A stretch of 63,513 nucleotides of DNA, filler included, from 4 parts of 4 records of this genome joined end to end with filler, not necessarily neighbours in it; one strand, 5' to 3'. Numbered from the whole stretch's first letter, positions 40,708 to 50,255 are shown. Translations and numbers: made by a program. Notes: generated by a model not told the origin, from the sequence alone.

Positions 40708-41433
40708 ATGCCTTTTTACCTACGTGCTTCTACCGCCATTTTGTCGCTTCCACTGTTGTTATTGAGCCTTCCCTTACAAGCCGCTAGCTTTTTCTCACAG
40801 GTCGCTTCTGCAGCACCTCCCGGCGTTTCGCCCTTGCATCATCAACTACTCCAACTAGCCCCATCAGCAACGCCAGAGGCGCTGCGACTCGCCGCTCAAT
40901 CGCTTAGCTGTGCGGACCCAACCGCTGAGCGCTTAGCCGTCATTGATTACTCGCTTCCGTCTACCGAGCCACGGCTTTGGGTCTTCGACCTGCATCGACA
41001 TAAGCTGCTATTTGAAGAGCTGGTTTCTCATGGGCAAGGCTCTGGCGATGCGTTGGCAGAGGTCTTCTCCAATACCCCCGAGAGCCACCAATCCAGCATC
41101 GGGCTCTTTCGCACAATGAATAGTTATTATGGTCGTAATGGCTATTCATTGCGCCTGGATGGCTTAGAGCCAGAGGTTAATGACTTGGCGTTTGAGCGAG
41201 CGATTGTGATCCATGGCGCTGACTATGTTAGCGACGACTTTATTACCCAGACCGGCAGGCTCGGACGTAGCCACGGCTGCCCTGCCGTACGCGAAGACAT
41301 CACGTATCCGCTTATCGACAGTTTGAAAGAGAACCAGTATGTCTTCGCCTACTACCCTGATGAAGAGTGGTTAGCAACGTCGCAGTTTCTGCGCTGCCCA
41401 AATGACAATGCTGCCCACTTAGCCCAACGCTGA
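40708..41433 (+). CDS. Murein L,D-transpeptidase catalytic domain family protein (YkuD_2)
   Basis: IDYSLPSTEPRLWVFDL, VSHGQGSG, RAIVIHGADY, LGRSHGCPA; start 40708 chosen by RBS. Confidence 0.88.
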   Translation: MPFYLRASTAILSLPLLLLSLPLQAASFFSQVASAAPPGVSPLHHQLLQLAPSATPEALRLAAQSLSCADPTAERLAVIDYSLPSTEPRLWVFDLHRHKLLFEELVSHGQGSGDALAEVFSNTPESHQSSIGLFRTMNSYYGRNGYSLRLDGLEPEVNDLAFERAIVIHGADYVSDDFITQTGRLGRSHGCPAVREDITYPLIDSLKENQYVFAYYPDEEWLATSQFLRCPNDNAAHLAQR

Positions 41434-41480
41434 TAATCTTGCTATCAAAATTATCGAGTGGCGACGCTACCCACTTTGTG

Positions 41481-41615
41481 AGACCAGCCTTAAGGCTGGT
41501 CTTTAAACTGGTCTTTAGAATTCGCCGTTGAGACTGGTCTTAGAGACTAATCTTTGAGACTAATCCGGATACATTAAGAAACATAGTCTTCAAAAACTCA
41601 AGAGACTGGTTTTCA
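41481..41615. repeat. Intergenic palindrome plus degenerate GAGACTRRTCTT repeats
   Basis: Perfect 22-bp palindrome AGACCAGCCTTAAGGCTGGTCT; further copies of the motif at about 41504, 41529, 41542, 41555 and 41601. Confidence 0.7.
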
Positions 41616-41712
41616 TCATTAATACAAGGTAAATCCGGCACGCACAGCAACCACCTGCAATACTTTGTGACAAAACATCACAAAGCTATTTACTATTTTG
41701 CAGGTACTGGCC

Positions 41713-42810
41713 ATGTTTGCTTTTATGCATCCGTATCAAACTATCCATCGCCTAGAGCAAGAAGTGGCAGCGTTGAATGCCCAATTAGAGGCTGAAAAAA
41801 AGCGCCACCGCTGTCGCGCGATCAGCTTGATGACGCCGGTTGAGTCGCTCAGCATGCTTCAGGCCAGAGGCGCGGACATGCTTTGTTCATTGAGCAAAGG
41901 CGTAGAAGTGCACGCTCAGCACCTTGCTGCCGAGCAATCGACACTTACTGACACTTTCAGCCGACTCCATAAAGCCGAGCAAAACGCACAAACGTTGCAG
42001 CAACACCGCCAACGCTGCCAGCAAATAGACGCGTATTTATCGTCCCCTTTAGTGACTGAGCAAGCCTTCCACGATATACGTCAGTTGAGTGTCGAATTAG
42101 GGCACAGCGCAGGCCATACACAAGCGTTAGCCATTACTGCGGCCTTGGAAGTCGCTCACTTTCATGAACAACCGGCAGGCATGCCAGCAATAGTCCAGGA
42201 CCTGCAAGAGTTATCAGAACACTCTCGGCAATTAGCGCATCAGCTAGCGCAGTGGATCGAGCGCACCGCATTGCAAGTCAATGAAGATGCAAAGATCCGT
42301 GATTATCAGCAGCAGGAAATAAAGGCCTTAACCAGCGCCGCCCAAGCAGCAGAACAGGTCATTGAGCAGTTGATAGACCAGTCACGCCATATGTATAAGG
42401 TCATACACCACAGTACAACCACGGCTTATTTGCACGCCGCCAAACTCGAGCATGCGGTATGGAAAAGCCGCCTTTATAGGCAACTACTCTCTGCTCATCT
42501 GGAAGAGAATTTAGAAGATCACCAGCACTGCACGCTTGGGCATTGGTACTTTATGGGGGACGGTCATCGCTATAAGCATACGGAGGCTTACAAAGCGCTG
42601 GCGGCACCGCACAAGCGTTTTCATGAAAGCGGTTTAGAAGCACTTAAGTTTGCCCGCCAAGGTGATCATAATGGCCAGCTTGCGGCACTGGCTATGATGG
42701 AAGAAGCCAGCAGTCAGCTAGCGCTCCAGCTTGATAAACTGATGGAGCATGCCGTTTATGAGGTTCCCCTTTCAAATGGGCGCCCTTCACCATTAGCAGA
42801 TTCACCTTGA
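41713..42810 (+). CDS. Soluble chemoreceptor-like protein with degenerate MCP domain and C-terminal CZB zinc-binding domain
   Basis: CZB motif KLEHAVWK...DHQHCTLGHWY...PHKRFHE; coiled-coil region with eroded signalling tip. Confidence 0.8.
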   Translation: MFAFMHPYQTIHRLEQEVAALNAQLEAEKKRHRCRAISLMTPVESLSMLQARGADMLCSLSKGVEVHAQHLAAEQSTLTDTFSRLHKAEQNAQTLQQHRQRCQQIDAYLSSPLVTEQAFHDIRQLSVELGHSAGHTQALAITAALEVAHFHEQPAGMPAIVQDLQELSEHSRQLAHQLAQWIERTALQVNEDAKIRDYQQQEIKALTSAAQAAEQVIEQLIDQSRHMYKVIHHSTTTAYLHAAKLEHAVWKSRLYRQLLSAHLEENLEDHQHCTLGHWYFMGDGHRYKHTEAYKALAAPHKRFHESGLEALKFARQGDHNGQLAALAMMEEASSQLALQLDKLMEHAVYEVPLSNGRPSPLADSP

Positions 42811-42914
42811 TGACGTGCTGTGGGCCTGCCTAGCAGGCGTACACATATCACACCCTTTTATGCCATGCTGAGTGGGTTACTGCGCTTTTAATCACTCACT
42901 CAGCAGGGAAGGCA

Positions 42915-43934
42915 ATGTCGCAGATCAAAAAGCTAGATCTCGCTTTACAGGGCGGTGGAGCCCACGGTGCTTATACATGGGGTGTCATCGACCGCTTACT
43001 TGAAGATGACCGTATCGAAATAGAGGGCATCAGTGGCACAAGCGCTGGCGCAATGAATGGTGTGGTTATGGCAGACGCCCTCACCCGCGGTAACAAAGAG
43101 ACAGCTCGTCAAGCGTTACACCAGTTTTGGAAAGCGGTTAGCCGAGCGGGGATGGCGAGCCCAATTCGCCGCTCACCACTTGATGTACTTACCGGAAACT
43201 GGTCTCTCGATCACTCACCGGGTTATGTGGCTATGGATCTTTTAAGCCGCTTGGTATCCCCCTACCAACTGAACCCTCTGAATATTAATCCATTGCGTGA
43301 CATTGTCGCCGAACATATTGATTTCGAACGTGTAAGACGTTGTGAGCAGCTTAAGCTATTTGTGACGGCCACTAACGTTCGCACTGGAAAACAGCGCGTC
43401 TTTCGCCGCGAAGAGATGACTGTAGATGCGGTGATGGCCTCAGCGTGCCTGCCATTTGTATTTCAAGCCGTTGAGATAGAGGGTGAAGCGTACTGGGATG
43501 GCGGTTATATGGGTAACCCAGCGCTGTTCCCGTTAATGGAGGAGTGCAGCGCACGCGATATTCTGTTGGTGCAGATTAACCCCATCAGTAGAGAAGAAGT
43601 CCCCACGTCTGCCTCAGCCATAATGAATCGACTAAATGAAATTACCTTTAATTCAGCCCTGATTAAAGAAGTACGCATGATTGCGCTGCTTAAGCGCACC
43701 CTGGATGAACAGGGGATCGAAAACTGCTATCAGCAAGCTCTGTTCCACCGTATCAGTGGCGAACAGGCGCTAGAGGATCTCTCGGTATCCAGCAAAATGA
43801 ACTCAGAGTGGGCGTTTCTATGTTATCTGTTTAAGCAAGGGCGCGAAGCCGCCGAACGCTGGCTAGAAACTCACTTTGAAGCGATAGGTGAACGTTCAAC
43901 ACTGGATATTGACGCTGTTTATTTGCACGAATAG
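42915..43934 (+). CDS. Patatin-like phospholipase/esterase
   Basis: LALQGGGAHG, GTSAG, YWDGG. Confidence 0.92.
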   Translation: MSQIKKLDLALQGGGAHGAYTWGVIDRLLEDDRIEIEGISGTSAGAMNGVVMADALTRGNKETARQALHQFWKAVSRAGMASPIRRSPLDVLTGNWSLDHSPGYVAMDLLSRLVSPYQLNPLNINPLRDIVAEHIDFERVRRCEQLKLFVTATNVRTGKQRVFRREEMTVDAVMASACLPFVFQAVEIEGEAYWDGGYMGNPALFPLMEECSARDILLVQINPISREEVPTSASAIMNRLNEITFNSALIKEVRMIALLKRTLDEQGIENCYQQALFHRISGEQALEDLSVSSKMNSEWAFLCYLFKQGREAAERWLETHFEAIGERSTLDIDAVYLHE

Positions 43935-43968
43935 CCAGCACTCAGGTGTCGCACGTCTTCACCGCAGA

Positions 43969-43985
43969 TGCGCCACCTTGGTGCA
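43969..43985. promoter_or_regulatory. NtrC binding site
   Basis: TGCGCCA-cct-TGGTGCA versus consensus TGCACCA-N3-TGGTGCA, about 80 bp upstream of a sigma54 promoter. Confidence 0.7.
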
Positions 43986-44061
43986 TTAGCAGCCTGCTAC
44001 AACTCTCCATCTATCAAACAAACATATATAAGAAACTGATTTTAAAATTAAAATAATTTTA

Positions 44062-44077
44062 TGGCGAACTAATTGCT
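44062..44077 (+). promoter_or_regulatory. Sigma54 (-24/-12) promoter
   Basis: TGGCGA-ACTAA-TTGCT with correct GG-N10-GC spacing; AT-rich tract upstream. Confidence 0.8.
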
Positions 44078-44118
44078 TAACTCTTACTGAATGATGGTAG
44101 GCGTGGACCAGGCCCAAC

Positions 44119-44216
44119 GGGTACGAGTGCGTCGAACCTGCCCTTCAATGGCGAAGGCATGTTCTCGTTAACAACATAGCGCCTTTCCAAGCGCCATGTT
44201 TTGACCCACTCGTATC
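44119..44216 (+). promoter_or_regulatory. Structured leader with ANTAR-type hairpin
   Basis: CCTTC-AATGGC-GAAGG hexaloop (A1,G4) at 44142-44157; alternative stems downstream; NIT-ANTAR gene in the same unit. Confidence 0.65.
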
Positions 44217-44235
44217 GTGCTCTGTGAGGCCATCC

Positions 44236-45588
44236 ATGGACATTCGCAATAAAGCTAACCGCATTCGGCTATTAAACTTCTCCACCCCTCAAATGCGCGC
44301 GTTCCACTTTTCTTGGTTCGCGTTCCATATCTGCTTTTTTGGCTGGTTTGGCATCGCTCCACTGATGGCAGTGGTCCGTGAAGATTTATCACTCACCCAA
44401 ACGCAGATCGGCAATACCATTATTGCCTCCGTTGCTATTACCGTTATTGTCCGCCTGCTCATTGGCGTGCTGTGCGATAAAATTGGGCCTCGTAAAACCT
44501 ATACCGGTTTGTTGATGCTCGGCGCTGTGCCCGTTATGTGCATAGGTTTTGCCAATAGCTTTGAGACCTTCTTACTCGCTCGGCTGGCCATCGGCGCCAT
44601 CGGTGCATCCTTTGTGATCACCCAATATCACACCACGATGATGTTTGCGCCAAATGTTGTGGGCACCGCCAATGCGACCAGTGCTGGCTGGGGGAACTTG
44701 GGCGGCGGTACGACGCAAATTCTGATGCCGTTGATCTTCTCAGGTCTACTAATGCTTGGCGTTAGTGAAACGCTAGGGTGGCGCTTAGCAATGGTGGTGC
44801 CTGGTGTCGTACTGTTTTTTACTGGGATAGGCTATTGGCTGTTTACCCAAGATGCTCCCGATGGCAACTTTAGCGACCTGCGTGCCCGCGGCGAGCTACC
44901 CGAAGCCACAGGTGAAAATAGCGCAGTACAAAGCTTTCTGACCGCAGCAAAAGATATTCGCGTATGGGCGCTGTTTATTGTTTACGGGCTCTGCTTTGGC
45001 GTCGAACTAACCATCAATAATATTGCCGCCATCTACTTCTTCGACAAGTTTGACCTGACGCTGGCAACCGCTGGTTTAATCGCTGGTTTATTTGGCCTAA
45101 TGAATATTTTTGCCCGTACCCTTGGCGGCGTCTTTTCAGACCTGTTCGCCAAACAAGGCGGTTTAAAGGGGCGAGTCCGCTGGCTGTTTATCGCTTTAGT
45201 ATGTGAAGGAATAGCGCTCATTGCCTTCTCACAAATGCACGTCTTAAGCCTCGCAATCGGCATCATGCTGGTCTTTAGCCTGTTTGTTCAAATGGCCGAA
45301 GGAGCAACATTTGGCGTGGTGCCTTTTATCAATAAAAAAGCACTCGGTGCTGTTGCCGGTATCGTGGGAGCAGGTGGAAACGTCGGTGCTGTATCCGCCG
45401 CCTTTCTGTTCCGTAGTGAAAGTCTTGGTTATCAACAAGGGCTTTTTTACCTTGGCATTACCGTATTAGTGCTCGCTTCCTGTGTACTGGTAGTACGCTT
45501 CAGCGATGCCACAGAAGCCGAAGAAGCAACCGCCTACCGTGATGCAGTTGGCGGCGATACGAGCGCAGGCGCACTCTCGCTGCGTTAG
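44236..45588 (+). CDS. Nitrate/nitrite MFS transporter (NarK/NasA/NRT2 family)
   Basis: MRAFHFSWFAF, ANATSAGWGNLGGG nitrate signature, FARTLGG, GIVGAGGNVG. Confidence 0.93.
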   Translation: MDIRNKANRIRLLNFSTPQMRAFHFSWFAFHICFFGWFGIAPLMAVVREDLSLTQTQIGNTIIASVAITVIVRLLIGVLCDKIGPRKTYTGLLMLGAVPVMCIGFANSFETFLLARLAIGAIGASFVITQYHTTMMFAPNVVGTANATSAGWGNLGGGTTQILMPLIFSGLLMLGVSETLGWRLAMVVPGVVLFFTGIGYWLFTQDAPDGNFSDLRARGELPEATGENSAVQSFLTAAKDIRVWALFIVYGLCFGVELTINNIAAIYFFDKFDLTLATAGLIAGLFGLMNIFARTLGGVFSDLFAKQGGLKGRVRWLFIALVCEGIALIAFSQMHVLSLAIGIMLVFSLFVQMAEGATFGVVPFINKKALGAVAGIVGAGGNVGAVSAAFLFRSESLGYQQGLFYLGITVLVLASCVLVVRFSDATEAEEATAYRDAVGGDTSAGALSLR

Positions 45589-45703
45589 CACTCACTTACC
45601 CCTCTGTATACTATATCCGCGACGATTTTTTACGACACGTTTTCGCGACACTTATCGCAGCAGAGGGGATTTCATCTCAGGCGGGGAGTAAAAGGAAACC
45701 ACT

Positions 45704-46990
45704 ATGTCTTCAGCCCAACAACTACTCTTAACCGCCCTTCGATGCGATATCGATAGCCTGCACCACCTAGCCACTACCTCAGAGATCGTTGGCGACATTA
45801 GCGGTTTTATCCATGCGCTCCAACGTGAACGAGGCGCCTCGACGATTTACCTTGTCTCGAAAGGTAAACGGTTTGCTACTCGGCGGAAGGAATTTGTACA
45901 GCATAGCCAAGAAGCCGAGACCGTTATGCGCCAGCGGCTAGAAGCGCTTACCGAAGAAGCACGACCACAGGCAGCGGCACGCTTACTCAGGCGGATCGCG
46001 GCGGTGTGGCTTGCCCTGGATGACCTAAACACGTTACGACAAGCCATTCATTCGTTTGCGATCTCTCCTGATGCGGCAACCCAAGCCTTTAACCACTTAA
46101 TTAGTGGGCTCCTCGCCATTGTATTTGAAGCAGCAGATACCTCGGTAGACCCGGATATCACTCGCGCACTAGTGGCTATTTTCCACCTTATGCAAGGCAA
46201 AGAACTCGCTGGGCAAGAACGTGCCTGTGGTGCCTTTGGCTTTACTCATGGGCATTTCGACGATGCCCATCGCGAATTGATTCACCAATTAGTACGCGAT
46301 CAGCAACGCTGCTTCGACACCTTTGAAGAGTTTGCCTCACCCGAGGCTGAACTTATTTGGCAGCAGACTCTTTCGCCGCGAACACTCGATGGGATTCAGC
46401 AGCTTCGCAATATTGCTTACCAACATGCCGGCCAAGACTCTCATCAAGAGGGCCGCGTAAACAAAACGCTTAGTGAAACATGGTACGACCTAACAACATT
46501 ACGCATTGATAGCATCAAAGCCGTTGAAGACACCCTAAACCACCAATTAACGGCGCTATGTCATCAAAAAATCACTCAGGTGCATGCGACGTTAGAGCAG
46601 GCTAAAACACCTCTTAACCGGCCAACTCTTGCTCCCTGTGAGCAGCTTCTTGCCTTAAGCGATACACAGCCATTAGGAGAGCTGACAGCTAGCGCTTTAA
46701 CCTCTCCATTAGGACGTTCACTGATTGAGCTTGCCCATGCCCAGTCGAGCCACCTTCAAGGTCTCAGTGATGAGCTGGAAAATACCCGTAAAGCTCTGCG
46801 TGAACGTAAGCTCATCGAACGCGCCAAAGGCCTTATCATGGCCCACCAGGAAATGACTGAAGAAGAGGCTTACCGTTTTTTACGTAAAACCTCGATGGAT
46901 CACAGTAAAAGTATGGCCGATATGGCGCAGTCGATACTCGACCTTTCCTCTATGCTCAAGCGCAAAGACGAACACACGCACACAAGCTGA
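45704..46990 (+). CDS. nasR: Nitrate-sensing antiterminator (NIT + ANTAR), NasR-like
   Basis: IHALQRERGAS and KELAGQERA NIT motifs; ERKLIERAKGLIM...EEEAYRFLRKTSM ANTAR domain. Confidence 0.88.
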   Translation: MSSAQQLLLTALRCDIDSLHHLATTSEIVGDISGFIHALQRERGASTIYLVSKGKRFATRRKEFVQHSQEAETVMRQRLEALTEEARPQAAARLLRRIAAVWLALDDLNTLRQAIHSFAISPDAATQAFNHLISGLLAIVFEAADTSVDPDITRALVAIFHLMQGKELAGQERACGAFGFTHGHFDDAHRELIHQLVRDQQRCFDTFEEFASPEAELIWQQTLSPRTLDGIQQLRNIAYQHAGQDSHQEGRVNKTLSETWYDLTTLRIDSIKAVEDTLNHQLTALCHQKITQVHATLEQAKTPLNRPTLAPCEQLLALSDTQPLGELTASALTSPLGRSLIELAHAQSSHLQGLSDELENTRKALRERKLIERAKGLIMAHQEMTEEEAYRFLRKTSMDHSKSMADMAQSILDLSSMLKRKDEHTHTS

Positions 46991-47067
46991 AACAGCTCAT
47001 TTGCAACACTGTGGGCAATTAGCCATTCTTATATCTCCCCTTTCTGAATGAGCTAGGAGCACACGCT

Positions 47068-47754
47068 ATGCAGCACCGTGTCCTAATGATCACTGGCGCC
47101 TCAAGTGGAATTGGTGCCGCCACCGCGCGAGCAGCCTCACGTGAAGGCTATCAGCTGATACTTGCCGCCCGCTCTACCGAAAAACTTACCGCATTGGCTC
47201 AGGAGCTTGGCCCAGAAAACGTGCTGACATGTGCGTTGGATGTCACCGACATGGCGCAACAGCAAGCAATGGTCGATCAAGCGATTGAAACATTTGGGCG
47301 TATCGATGCAGTCTTTGCCAACGCTGGGCGCGGTGGTTCTCCCGGCGGTTTTAGCGGTGCCGATCACGACGCTTGGCGTGAGATGATCCTGACCAATATT
47401 TACGGTGTAGGGCTAACGCTTCAGGCATGCCTTCCCGCGCTAAAGCGAAGCAAAGGGCATGTACTATTAACCGGCTCAGCTGCTGGACGAACGACGATTC
47501 CAGGCTCGATGTACAGCGCCACAAAATGGGCAGTGACCGGTATAGGCTATAACTTGCGTGAAGAGCTACGCGGAACGGGCATGCGCGTCACCTTGATTGA
47601 ACCGGGCATGGTGGATACCCCTTTCTTTGATAAGTCACCAGAGCATGCGCTTGAAGATCGCGATATTGCCAACGCCGTGATTTATGCACTCTCTCAACCA
47701 CCACACGTCGATGTGAACGAGATTTTAATTCGGCCAACGCCACCCACTGATTAA
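47068..47754 (+). CDS. Short-chain dehydrogenase/reductase (NADP-dependent, YdfG-like)
   Basis: TGASSGIG, ANAG, YSATK, IEPGMVDT, VNEILIRP. Confidence 0.92.
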   Translation: MQHRVLMITGASSGIGAATARAASREGYQLILAARSTEKLTALAQELGPENVLTCALDVTDMAQQQAMVDQAIETFGRIDAVFANAGRGGSPGGFSGADHDAWREMILTNIYGVGLTLQACLPALKRSKGHVLLTGSAAGRTTIPGSMYSATKWAVTGIGYNLREELRGTGMRVTLIEPGMVDTPFFDKSPEHALEDRDIANAVIYALSQPPHVDVNEILIRPTPPTD

Positions 47755-47887
47755 GCGACGCTACGAACGGGCAATAATGGCACCTTGCATTTCTTCTTAC
47801 CTGCCCACATAACACTGGAATACCTAGCGTGCTAATAAATAACGCCGTAAATTTAGCCGCCCATACGCTTTTAAATGCAGGTGCCCC

Positions 47888-48880
47888 ATGAGCCAACTCG
47901 CCAATACCGCCCTTTCCGTGCTCGATCTAGCACCGATTCGTCAAGGAGGTAGCGCTGAAGAAACATTTCGCAACAGCGTGTCCCTAGCGCAACGGACAGA
48001 ACAGCTCGGCTATACGCGTTACTGGCTGGCTGAACACCACAACATTGCCGGCATCGCCAGCGCAGCAACGGCCGTATTAATTGGTCATGTTGCTGGGCAA
48101 ACCTCCACGATACGCGTGGGCAGCGGTGGTATCATGCTACCCAACCATCCGCCCCTGGTGATTGCCGAGCAGTTCGGCACCTTAGAAACCCTTTACCCAG
48201 GCCGGATTGATTTAGGACTGGGCCGTGCGCCCGGTTCAGATGGCGCCACCATGCAGGCGATGCGCCGCAATGCACAGGCGGGCGTCGATGACTTTCCACA
48301 GCTGCTAAATGAGCTACAAAGTTACTTAGCAGATGCAGACCCTCAGCAGCGTGTGAAAGCCGTCCCTGGACAAGGCACCCACGTACCTATCTGGCTACTC
48401 GGTTCTAGTGGCTATAGTGCACAACTAGCCGCAAAACTCGGGCTCCCCTTTGCGTTTGCGGCCCAATTTGCACCGGGTTACTTATTTGAAGCATTGCGGC
48501 TTTATCGTGATAACTTCCGAACGTCGGAGCACTTAGACAAACCCCATGCCATGGTAGGGCTACCCGTTATCGCTGCCGAAAATGATGCCATGGCCCATTA
48601 CTTAGCAACGACTTCTCAACAGAAATTTCTTAGCCTTATTCGAGGTAAACCGACTCAGTCGCTGCCCCCGGTTGAACAGATGGACTGGTCACCGATGGAG
48701 CGCTCCCAAGTAAGCCAATTCCTAGGTGCCGCCATCATAGGCGGGCCCGATACGGTCAAAGCTGAGCTAGAGGCCTTTCAGGCGCGGACTGGCGCTGACG
48801 AGTTAATGATCAATAGCGACTTTTATGATCATACCGACCGCATGCGTAGCTATGAAATCGTGGCTGACGTCGCTCGATAA
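47888..48880 (+). CDS. Luciferase-like (LLM class) flavin-dependent oxidoreductase
   Basis: [42 protein letters not shown]. Confidence 0.93.
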   Translation: MSQLANTALSVLDLAPIRQGGSAEETFRNSVSLAQRTEQLGYTRYWLAEHHNIAGIASAATAVLIGHVAGQTSTIRVGSGGIMLPNHPPLVIAEQFGTLETLYPGRIDLGLGRAPGSDGATMQAMRRNAQAGVDDFPQLLNELQSYLADADPQQRVKAVPGQGTHVPIWLLGSSGYSAQLAAKLGLPFAFAAQFAPGYLFEALRLYRDNFRTSEHLDKPHAMVGLPVIAAENDAMAHYLATTSQQKFLSLIRGKPTQSLPPVEQMDWSPMERSQVSQFLGAAIIGGPDTVKAELEAFQARTGADELMINSDFYDHTDRMRSYEIVADVAR

Positions 48881-48903
48881 CCCATTAACTAAACGCCAAA
48901 ACC

Positions 48904-49398
48904 ATGACCACACTTAGCTTTACACCAATGACGCAAGAGGACTTCACGGCCTTCTGGCCTACATTTCAGTCCATCGTTAGCGCTCAAGAAACGTACGCTA
49001 TCGATCCTGATATTACCTTTGCAGCAGCTTATGCATTGTGGTGTCAGCAGCCCAAAGCGTCATTTGCGGTAAAAGATGATCAAGGCGAGTTACTGGGCAC
49101 TTACTATCTAAAAGCCAACGCTGCGGGCCCAGGCCAACACATTTGTAACTGCGGCTATATGGTAACGCCTGCTGCTAGAGGGAAAGGTGTCGCCCGCCAG
49201 ATGTGCGAACACTCGCAGCATGTAGCACGCCAACATGGCTTTGAAGCGATGCAATTTAATGCCGTGGTGGCCACAAACCAAGTAGCCGTCGCCCTGTGGC
49301 AACGGCTAGGGTTCGCGATTGTCGGCACGATTCCTAACGCCTATCGGCACGCATCCCAGGGGTTAGTCGATAGCTACGTGATGTATAAAGCGCTTTAG
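48904..49398 (+). CDS. GNAT family N-acetyltransferase
   Basis: ARGKGVA acetyl-CoA motif, MQFNAVVATN, LWQRLGF. Confidence 0.92.
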   Translation: MTTLSFTPMTQEDFTAFWPTFQSIVSAQETYAIDPDITFAAAYALWCQQPKASFAVKDDQGELLGTYYLKANAAGPGQHICNCGYMVTPAARGKGVARQMCEHSQHVARQHGFEAMQFNAVVATNQVAVALWQRLGFAIVGTIPNAYRHASQGLVDSYVMYKAL

Positions 49399-49456
49399 TG
49401 GCCACTTGATAACCAGGCGCGCTTTATTGATAGGACATCATAGAGAGATCACCGGG

Positions 49457-50008
49457 CTATTTAAGACAGCGCTGCAGAAGCTCTTCAGCGGCGGCGCTGC
49501 CTAACTCGGTTAAGTGGGCAATATTGCGCTCTGGGATTTGTTCCGTATCACCGTAAAAAGCAATTGCTTTTTCGACACTGGCCTCGCGCAACAGATGAAC
49601 CATCGCGTAGGGCGAGCGGTTAGTGTAATTCGCTGCGTCTTCAGGCTCAGCATCGGCAAAACAGTAATCAGGATGGAAGGTTGCTAGCTGATAGACACCT
49701 TCATACCCCAGGTCGACCAGCAGGCTTTCGGCAAGCTCGACATAATCCAGGTAGTGATCGAAGCTTTTAAACAGCGTAGGAAATACCAGCAGTGTGGTTT
49801 CCGTTTCCGGATGCTCGTTCAGCCACTCTACTTCGGCTATTAGTTCTTCCAATGCCACGTCGACTTTTTTCGAGCGCACCACCTCGACCCGAACGTTACC
49901 GCCGTCAAGCTCGCGCTTAGCAAACGGGCATATATTGTGCTCCACAATAAAGCTGCGTACCCACGCTAACGTTTGCTCTGCTATCTGATTATCCGCCTCT
50001 TGCATCAC
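49457..50008 (-). CDS. DUF1415 family protein
   Basis: NICPFA, ETTLLV, YQLATFHPDY.F, NYTNRSPY...HLLRE. Confidence 0.9.
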   Translation of the reverse strand: MMQEADNQIAEQTLAWVRSFIVEHNICPFAKRELDGGNVRVEVVRSKKVDVALEELIAEVEWLNEHPETETTLLVFPTLFKSFDHYLDYVELAESLLVDLGYEGVYQLATFHPDYCFADAEPEDAANYTNRSPYAMVHLLREASVEKAIAFYGDTEQIPERNIAHLTELGSAAAEELLQRCLK

Positions 50009-50102
50009 GCCTACTACCTTACATTAGAGTGGCTATTACCACGGTTAGAACCTGCTCGTGTACCGGTAAGAAAGAGTGTACCTGCAAGAACCAGTAAATG
50101 CT

Positions 50103-50255
50103 TCAGACGTGTTCCTGAAACCGTGCCAACGCCACTTCATAAGACTTATGAATATGATCATCCATTAGGGCCCGAGCCGCTTTTCCATCTCTGTTTAACG
50201 CCAGCTCCACCAGTTGATGGTGTTGCTCGTCCAACTCTTGCCGGATAGAGGGCAT
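50103..50255 (-). CDS. C-terminal fragment of a GntR/FCD regulator
   Basis: Manual translation ...ELDEQHHQLVELALNRDGKAARALMDDHIHKS...* resembles an FCD domain end; 5' part lost at the contig edge. Confidence 0.6.
   Translation of the reverse strand: MPSIRQELDEQHHQLVELALNRDGKAARALMDDHIHKSYEVALARFQEHV

Noticed and set aside
41481-41615. Possible mini-CRISPR array
   Set aside because: Units are 12-13 bp, adjacent, lack unique spacers, and no cas genes are present
50060-50093. GTGTACC..AAGAA direct repeat with an 18-bp period
   Set aside because: Only two imperfect copies; no supporting context
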